A stretch of DNA of 32,000 nt from Moraxella nasovis (lineage in GTDB: Bacteria; Pseudomonadota; Gammaproteobacteria; Pseudomonadales; Moraxellaceae), in contig NZ_CP089976.1 of assembly GCF_022701215.1 (NCBI RefSeq), positions 1,980,001 through 2,012,000 of the forward strand, written 5' to 3'. Below the pieces are notes generated by a model, which saw only the letters and a list, made by a program, of their open reading frames with translations, did no database searches and was not told the origin of the DNA. The position numbers and the translations under genes are program-made. Shown here in pieces: positions 9,524 to 17,600 of this stretch (position 1 is its first letter; each line of letters begins with the position of its first letter).

Positions 9524-9532
9524 TGCTATAAT
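9524..9532 (+). promoter_or_regulatory. extended -10 element (TGCTATAAT) upstream of the HIT gene
   Basis: It is an exact TGnTATAAT match lying 38 nt upstream of the ATG. Confidence 0.4.
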
Positions 9533-9569
9533 TTAATGAATTTTAAATAAAAATAAGAGAAAATAAATC

Positions 9570-10007
9570 ATGTTTCAATTACATCCAACACTTGCTAAAG
9601 ATACGTTTTTGGTAGGTGATTTTCCGTTATCTACTGTGCGTTTGATGAACGACTGCCAGTTTCCTTGGCTAATTTTGGTGCCACGTGTATCAGGCGTTAA
9701 AGAAATTTATGAGCTGTCGCACGTTGATCAAGTGCAGTTTTTGCGTGAATCAAGCTGGGTATCTAGTCAGATGGCGAAGATTTTTGGTGCAGATAAGATG
9801 AATGTTGCTGCACTTGGCAATCAAGTGTCTCAGCTGCATTTTCATCACATCGTCCGCTATCAAAACGACGCTAAATGGCCAAATCCTGTATGGGGCTCGC
9901 CTGCTATTCCCTATACCGCAGAAGTATTACAGCATATGCAACAGACACTGATGATAACCTTACGTGGTCACCACGAAATGCCTTTTGATTGGAAGATGAG
10001 TGTTTAG
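9570..10007 (+). CDS. HIT (histidine triad) family protein
   Basis: It has the histidine triad QLHFHHIVRY and the length typical of the family. An AAGAGA SD lies upstream. Confidence 0.82.
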   Translation: MFQLHPTLAKDTFLVGDFPLSTVRLMNDCQFPWLILVPRVSGVKEIYELSHVDQVQFLRESSWVSSQMAKIFGADKMNVAALGNQVSQLHFHHIVRYQNDAKWPNPVWGSPAIPYTAEVLQHMQQTLMITLRGHHEMPFDWKMSV

Positions 10008-10174
10008 AGATTAAGGCAGGATTATAGTTGGAAGCTGTTGAGATTTATATCATCAAGATTTGCGTCAATCTGCCCTACTAAATAGGTGGTAATTTCTGTT
10101 TCTTGTGGGGCAACTTGCACATTATCCGATGATAGCCAAGTGTTAATCCATGGTATTGGGTTAGATTTAGTAGG

Positions 10175-10489
10175 ATGTTCTATGGTAGTAAGTGGGAACT
10201 AAATCCCACAACTGCTTTTTATGATTGGCTGTATATCAATGCACTAAACCAAAACAAACAGTACCATCATGAGCTGTTAAGCTACCAAGCATTTACTGAC
10301 ATTGAATTCAACCCTGAAAAATCCATTAACTGCCAAGCCTATTCTGTGGCGATGTTTGTTGCCTTAGCAAAGAATGATATGCTCGGTGTATTAAAAGATA
10401 AAGAAGCATTTTTAGGTTTGTATCAAAAATACAAGATAGATAACACAACCAAATACCATAAAGAATTAAAACAGACAAGCCTACTATAA
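10175..10489 (+). CDS. hypothetical protein, possibly the 3' fragment of a longer gene
   Basis: The 104-codon ORF has plausible composition ([32 protein letters not shown]) but no SD. It starts abruptly at the island edge. I cannot assign a family. Confidence 0.4.
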   Translation: MFYGSKWELNPTTAFYDWLYINALNQNKQYHHELLSYQAFTDIEFNPEKSINCQAYSVAMFVALAKNDMLGVLKDKEAFLGLYQKYKIDNTTKYHKELKQTSLL

Positions 10490-10493
10490 ACCA

Positions 10494-10522
10494 AATAAAC
10501 CAAGCATATCACTTGGTTTATT
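10494..10522. terminator. bidirectional stem-loop between convergent genes
   Basis: AATAAACCAAG (10494-10504) pairs with CTTGGTTTATT (10512-10522) in an 11-bp stem flanked by A/T runs. Confidence 0.6.
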
Positions 10523-10880
10523 TTAATGTATTAAGGGTAGGTAGTCTAAACGGTGGGTGATAATCTAAATCTACAAGGACGATATAATCATCATAGCGTT
10601 GGTAATGTAACACATATTTACTGGTACAATCACCATACTCACCTACATACTCAGGTATGCCGATGTGGTAATGCCATAGATGATGTTGTTGTGCAAATCT
10701 GACATCATCAAGCCAAGTATATTTATGTCTAGGTACATTGTCTGATGACTTATTTCGTCCTATCAAACCTACCAATCCATACGCTTCAATATGCTTAACA
10801 AAAGTAGCAATCTTGGTTAGGTCATCATCACTTAACTTATCTAAGATATTTAAAAAGTGATTGGTATAGCTTACTTTCAT
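10518..10880 (-). CDS. putative type II toxin (RelE/ParE-superfamily-like, family unassigned)
   Basis: The ATG at 10880 overlaps the antitoxin stop (ATGA). The product is 120 aa with a C-terminal KYVLHYQRYDDYIVLVDLDYH strand pattern and a LWHYHIG motif. Its position lies downstream of an RHH antitoxin. Confidence 0.5.
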   Translation of the reverse strand: MKVSYTNHFLNILDKLSDDDLTKIATFVKHIEAYGLVGLIGRNKSSDNVPRHKYTWLDDVRFAQQHHLWHYHIGIPEYVGEYGDCTSKYVLHYQRYDDYIVLVDLDYHPPFRLPTLNTLK

Positions 10881-11107
10881 CGTGAACGTACCCAAGCAAC
10901 AAATTCTGTATTAGAATTAAACTTTGGTGCTTCTACAATACCACTGTTGATAGAAGCAAGAATACGTTCTTTATTAAAAGGGAAATCTTCCATATCACGC
11001 AACAACACATACTCTGCATATTCTTGTATGCTTAGGTCATGTGCTTTGGCTTGATGTTCAAAAGCACCTTGTAATTCATCAGGGATACTTACCATAAACT
11101 GTAACAT
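10877..11107 (-). CDS. ribbon-helix-helix (CopG/MetJ-like) antitoxin
   Basis: A strong AAGGAG SD precedes the start. The N-terminal MVSIPDELQGAFEHQAKAHDLSIQEYAEYVL is a typical RHH. A 4-nt ATGA overlap couples it to the downstream toxin. Confidence 0.65.
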   Translation of the reverse strand: MLQFMVSIPDELQGAFEHQAKAHDLSIQEYAEYVLLRDMEDFPFNKERILASINSGIVEAPKFNSNTEFVAWVRSR

Positions 11108-11128
11108 ATCAGCTCCTTAATTATTATC

Positions 11129-11160
11129 TTAGTATAACCCAAATTTAGTATAACCCAAAT
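11129..11160. promoter_or_regulatory. perfect 2 x 16-bp direct repeat (TTAGTATAACCCAAAT); likely TA operator overlapping the promoter
   Basis: The two copies are 11129-11144 and 11145-11160, lying 22-53 nt upstream of the antitoxin ATG. On the minus strand each copy contains TATACT. Confidence 0.55.
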
Positions 11161-11554
11161 CAAAACCAAGTAATAATAACTAATTATTATATTAAATATA
11201 AAACCAATAGTATAAGGTTATAAAAACCACATGAGATAAAAGAATAAAAGATATTAAAAATAAACACTTATTATATTATTTAATATTTAACCGTAACACA
11301 TAAACCATAATAACACTTCACTCATTCGCTATCGCTCATGGCTGGTTTGACGCAAGCTAACGGAATGTAAGGTGGTGTAAGTTGTGTGATGATGATATAG
11401 TAAATTTATATAATATATGATAATACAGGGGGTATTTGATAGATTAGGTCATCTAGATGGGTAGTAGGGTGTGAAAAAACAGCTCGTAGTATAGATTACT
11501 TAAAATACATTTGTCAATGCTATTTTTGTATTAATGTTATTATGCTATTGTAAC

Positions 11555-11590
11555 AAAGACATGATTGCTGTAATCATGTCTTTTTTATTG
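11555..11590 (+). terminator. intrinsic-terminator-like hairpin immediately upstream of the giant ORF
   Basis: AAAGACATGATT (11555-11566) pairs with AATCATGTCTTT (11572-11583) in a 12-bp stem, followed by TTTTATT. There is no upstream plus-strand gene for it to terminate. Confidence 0.55.
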
Positions 11591-11619
11591 TCTAAACAAA
11601 ATATGCTGTAACCCTTAGG

Positions 11620-14600
11620 GTGTACGGAGCAGGTATTGCAAATACGGTGAATACAGTACAAGATGGCTTGGTTGATGCTATTAGAACAGAGTATGAAAAC
11701 ATCAGTAAGCTTGTTCGTAAGAATGACTACACACAAGCAACTGAAAGAGCCTTAAAGCTACAAGAGCAGTTAAGAGTACTATTAGCAGACCCTAATTTTA
11801 ATCTACCTAATGCTGACCAGCTACTATCAAAACAAACGTGGCTTGATGCACAACCTTCTACAGGCTGGTATGCTAACCCTAAAAATAAATATAGAGTATT
11901 TAACCTAGAGCAACAGCTTAGAGCTAATACGTCATGGGTGTTAAAAGAAATTTTTGATACAGCACGTATGTCTTATATGGGTGAGATGATACAGACTCAA
12001 CACGATAATACAGCATTAGCAGAAAGAGCTACTAATATCTATATACGTGTCTTTGATGAAAAAGTAAAACAAGTAATTGAGCAAAATAAACAACAAGCCA
12101 ACACACCACAGCAAGCTGATGCTATAAACTTAAGCATAGAGCAATACCAACAAATCCAAGAAGAGCTTAAAGCGATATTCCCAAGCATTAAAACCCCGTT
12201 TATTGGTGAAAATGCTTTAGATTGGACAGATAATGGGTATCACCCTGTTAAGAGTGTAGAAACCTTACAAGAAGACCTAAGCAGTGAGCCACTAACTAGA
12301 GATAGCAATGGCAATATAAATTATCATCAGCTATCAGCAAGTATGCGTAAGATGGTGTTTAAGGGTTTAGCAACAACGTCATTCCAAACCCAAAGCGTAG
12401 ATGCTTATGTCACAGCAATCACAAGCTCTGGTGGTGGACACCCTAATAACCACATATCTATGAATAACCACGATAGTAACAGCGGTGGTATTCATTTTGT
12501 TACAGATATGGCTAAAGCCCAAAATAAAGCATTCTTTTATGGTTTAGCTACTTATCATGCTAATGAAGCTACCTTAGATGCCTTTTTGCGAACTATATTA
12601 GGTGCATTAAACACTTATCAAGGTAAGAAACCACCTATAGCATTAGTTGGTTCTTCTACAGGAAATATAGATTCCTTACTTAATCTTGTGAAAACTACCA
12701 AACAACAAGAGCTAGCTAAACTAAAAGGCTTACTAGCTTTACAAAAAATTCAGCAATACGCTACAGAAGGGGGTGAGTACCTTGTTGCAGGTGAAGATAG
12801 AACCTTTGTGATAAAGCAGATTGAAGCTTTAGAAGAACGGTTTGAAGACTACGAAAAACAAGCCAAGCAGATTCACACAGCTTATAAGGCACTAGCTAAA
12901 AAGCAAAATAATGGTGAACAAACAAATAAAGCTGTGACTAAACCTAACTTAAAAGAAAGCTTAACTCTTAGTGAGAGAAATGGTAGTGTTATCAACATCT
13001 GGCACGGCTCTAATGAGAACGCTAATTTATCTAACTTGGCTTTAAGACCATTTACTGCTAAGAATGGTAGAAAATACCAATCTGTAGAACACTTCTACCA
13101 AAGCCATAAAACAGGTAAATTTGATGAAACCATCTATGGAAATGTGGGTTGGTTTAAAGCAGGAACTAAGATAAAAAAAGGGACAGCAAAGACAGAAAAT
13201 GACTTTAATATTAAGCTAATGAAAGCAGGTATTAAAATGTCATTTGAGCAAAACCCAAGAGCATTACGAGAACTATTAGCAACAGGTAATGCTACCTTAA
13301 CGCATACCCAAGAAACAGGTATGTGGAGAGAGATGTTCCCTAAACTTTTAATGGAAGTTAGAGATGAGTTAGGACAAGTAGAGCAACAAGAAAGTACTGA
13401 TAACCTAGTTAAAGAGACTAAAGCATATTTTGATAAATACTTAAAAGGTAAATCGTTCGATACCGTGATTGGTAAAGTTCATGTATTGGGAAGTAGCTGG
13501 CAGAAGAAGTTGAAGCATGGAATAAAAACAGACCACCTAAGAGCTAAGGCAATTCCGTTTATCCCTGATATTCTTACTAAAGGTGTTTATGAAGGTAAGC
13601 AGGATTTGGGGAAAATAAGAAATGATACTTACGTTGCTTTCCACTCTTTTACAAAAGAGTTAGACATCGATGACGAAAAAGTATTCGCAAGATTATTGGT
13701 AGGTGAAAGGGCAAATAATGAGTATAAATTTGTAGCTTATAGTATTTACCCTAAAAAAGAGAACTCCGATATTGGTGATTCTGGAGACTTAGCCAGAGCC
13801 GTATCGGAGTTCGAAGATAGTGTAGCAAACCAAGATGAAGATGTCAAACCAACCCTAACAGGTAAATCTCCTTACTTGGCTAAAGACCAAGCTAAATCTG
13901 ACATAGCTAATAAGTTTATTGGTTTTGGGGCAAAAGGTAGTTCTACTGATGTATATAGACAAGATTGGGGCAATAAAGCCAATACAGGGAGCTATACAAG
14001 TACAGATAAGGTATTTGTATCTATAAATGGTAAACGCCCTAACAGGATAGGTGTAGAAGCATATAAAGCAGAACTGGATTTAGCCATTCAAGCAGGTGCT
14101 GTACTCATTACTGATAAAGCGTATGATAGAAATAGACCCTTTAATGTAGGGGAAAGGGAAGTAGCTGAGTACTTAAATCAAAAAGGGTATGTAGAAACTT
14201 CAGATGGTATTTGGGGTAGGGCATCTAATGAATCTAAAGACGTGAAATACCAAGCTAATAGCTTTGGTGAAAGACCAAACTTAAAAGATGTAGCTGATAT
14301 TGATGTCGTTGAGATAAACGCTAAAGAGCTTGGCTTTAAGCAAACTAAACAATTAGCTGATGAAATTTTAAGACAGCTACAACAAACAGACGCAATATAC
14401 AACCATGATACTGGCTGGAATTTACAGGTAGGTAAAAAAGACCGTAAAAAGATGGGAGATAATAATAATCTATCCCACGCTACTAGCCAAGCGGTACAAG
14501 GTATAAAAGAGCTTGTAAGAAATGCTGTTGTTGCTGAAACTCACCAAGACGTTAAGCATGGTAATGAAAGAGTTACGGCAATACATAGAATGTATGTTCC

Positions 14601-17600
14601 TGCAGACATCAATGGGCAATTACACCGTGTTAAATTGACTATTAAAGATTACAGCTTAAATGATGGTACAAAAAGAAAAAATCTCCATGCTATTGAAGCG
14701 ATAGAGATTGAAAATGCCCTGCTGGGAACTCTGCCACCCGATGCTACCAATGGGGTAATTCAAGGGGTAGCTCAACCAACCACAGGGCATAAACTAAGTA
14801 TAGTTAATCTTTTAAAAGGAGTCAAGCACGATGGAGATGATGGGGTGTTTTTTGATACAGCACCTACAAGACGTCTTGGTTTTAAAGATTTAGAAACAGA
14901 CAAATTACAAGCACAGAATGTAATAGCATCTGACACAGACATTAGAGTAAATAACACACAAGTGCTAAAGCGTCTGTTAATATCTAAATTTGATAAAGAA
15001 GATACCACACATCTGTATGCTCGTCAGCATTTACGAAACGTACTTGCTCTAGTTCAACCAATCAACCCTACGGTTGAAATTAAAGTAACAGCAGATGGGG
15101 ATTATCAAGGTGTGTATGATATATCAGATAATACCATTACGATTAGTGAAACGTACGCAAATACAGCAAGCTATAAAAACTTAGTGGGTGTGTTAACTCA
15201 TGAGTTAGGACACGCCACAACCATGCAACGCTTAAGAGATATTCGTGCAGGTAAAGTGACTTCACCTAAAGTACTACAAGCTTTAAACCATCTTATCAAT
15301 AAACGAAACACCATCTTAACTGAACTAAATAAAGCAGGTGTAGCTTTAAGTGATAAACAAGCTTATATCCTAGAAGCAGGGAAGTATAGCGATGAAAATC
15401 AGTATGGGATAGAAGAGCTTATCAGTCATGTCTTAGGTAACGATGTAGAAGCTTTACGTTTATTAACTGAGTATGGGGGTAATAAGACAGACTTATCCAA
15501 AAATACCAAAGGGATTAAAGCCTTTATAAATGCAGTTAAAAACTTATTTACACCAAACTTGGATAATAAAAAAGCTCAAGGTAAAAAGCAGTTTGAAGCT
15601 CAGTATTCAGACTTTATGGGTGCATTAATAGAGCTTACCCAACCACTAGATGACATATCAGATAACACAGACCTTACACCAAATGGTTTAGATTTATTAG
15701 ATGAGTTAACAACTCAAGATGTCACAACCCAAGTGATTGCTAACCATAAACTAGCTGCTCATGCTTATTTTAATGAAGCAGATGAAGTTTACGCTCACTA
15801 TCAAGATGTGGCTCATAAATCCACGATTGAAGTGCTTAAACAACTTCCTAAAGGTAACATTAGTGAGACGCATAACGCTAAGCTAGATGGTTTAATAGAT
15901 ACACTACTTTCCAGCTTTTATAATAAACACCACAATGCTAGTGCCTTATTGGCTAACCAAGATAAACTAGATAAAGCGATAATAAGTGATGATAACCAAG
16001 TGCTTAGTCATGGCTTTAACTTAAGTGCAAAAGAACTGGCAAGTTATCAAGCAGTAAAAGCTGTGTTAGATAGCTTTGGGAATGCACAGCGTCATGAAGC
16101 CTATCAAGAGCTACGGCATATCTATGAAGAAATGCTAGATAACAAGGCAGGGTATCAGCAATTTATAAACTCTGATAACCCAACCAAAGATGATATTGAG
16201 CTGGCTAAAAAACAGTATGATTTTTTATTTCCTAAAAAAGAAACTGACCATACACCAGCACATAGATTGGTTGCACTTAGTTTAACCAGTGAGCAGATGT
16301 ACAATCTGTTAAACCAAAAACGTCAAATATTAAAAAATAAGTCTGATAATCAAAGCTGGTTTGATAAAGCTATGGGGTTATTTAAAACACTATTAGATGT
16401 GCTACTACAAAAAGTGAAAGGGGATAAGTCTAAGCCTATTAATGCACAGATTGATTTTTTGGTAAATAAACTAACAAAATTAGATGAGCATTATAGATTA
16501 CAAAGTCTAAGACGCTCTGATAAGCTATGGGAGTACAGAAAGTTTATTACTGTACCTGCTAATAAAGCGGTGAAAGGGGCACTTGATGTGGGTAAATCAG
16601 TTACTGTGGCTGTATTTCCTAAAACACAGACTTATTTTGATGCTGTGGTAAAAACACCATCACAGATTGCACGAGACATATCAAATGCCATCAATGCGTC
16701 AGATTCGTCTGATAAACCACTAGGCACACTAAGAGAGCTGATGAATGAATATGGTACAACAACCATCATGCAAAAGCTTATGACTCGTATGCTAGCAACA
16801 ACTCAAAGCATAGGACAAGAACGAGAGTTAACACGAGCTTCTACCAAGAGTCAGTTACTGGCATTTTTTAAGGATAAGCCTACAGCAAACCAAGCACAAG
16901 CAATAACTAAGGGGCTATATGAGACAGACGCAAGTAGCTTACTTAATTATCATGATATGGATACCACGCTTGGGTTAATCGTAAATCATAGCTTACGAGA
17001 TGGGCGTATCACAGCGATACGTAATCAGATTACACATAACTTTCAGCTAAACTTAGATGAGATAAATGGGATTATTAAAGCAACAATGGTCGCTGCTCGT
17101 AAAATGTATGATGGGGCAACTTTAGCAGATTATTTCTCAAATCCTGAGTTAATTGCCTTTACTTATAATAAACCAAATAATAAAGAATTAATTGGTTTAA
17201 TTGATGAGCTAACCACGCTTACTGCGTTACGTTATTCACACGATGGTGTATATAAAAAAGCAGATATGAGTGAGCTTATCGCATTAATCCAAAATGATGA
17301 AGATGCCATTCGTCAAGTTTTAAAGCACCATCATACGCATATGACTGCATTTAAAACACAAGAATTTGCATCAAATCCTTTTAGTTTTACCAAAGGCTAT
17401 ACACCTGAGCTATATGATGAGCTAAGAGCGGTAAAAGCTGTAACAGGTGAAGAGCTTCAAGAATACTTAAATAAAGGATGGGCGTTAGAAACACCTGATG
17501 GGATAAAACAAGATGACTTTGATGATACACATACACGCTATTTGGTAACAACAGCAGATGCTGGTAAACCCCATTATCAATCAGGTGTGTTAGAGTTATC

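Noticed and set aside
9147-9531. ORFs 9147-9461 (minus) and 9316-9531 (plus) overlapping the queH 3' end
   Set aside because: Both are alternate-frame readings of queH and its downstream spacer. The QueH Cys motifs fix the real frame.
10857-11054. A 65-aa plus-strand ORF antisense to the antitoxin
   Set aside because: It is entirely antisense to a well-supported RHH gene with a strong SD, and it has no signals of its own.
11545-11736. A 63-aa minus-strand ORF spanning the giant-ORF start
   Set aside because: It overlaps the terminator hairpin and the 5' end of the giant frame, is Cys/Ile-rich and AT-biased in composition, and has no SD.
14178-15008. Minus-strand ORFs (14178-14402, 14772-15008) inside the giant gene as possible nested genes
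   Set aside because: They are short, Ser/Cys/Leu-rich and lack SDs. ORFs like these are expected by chance opposite a 7.5-kb AT-rich frame.
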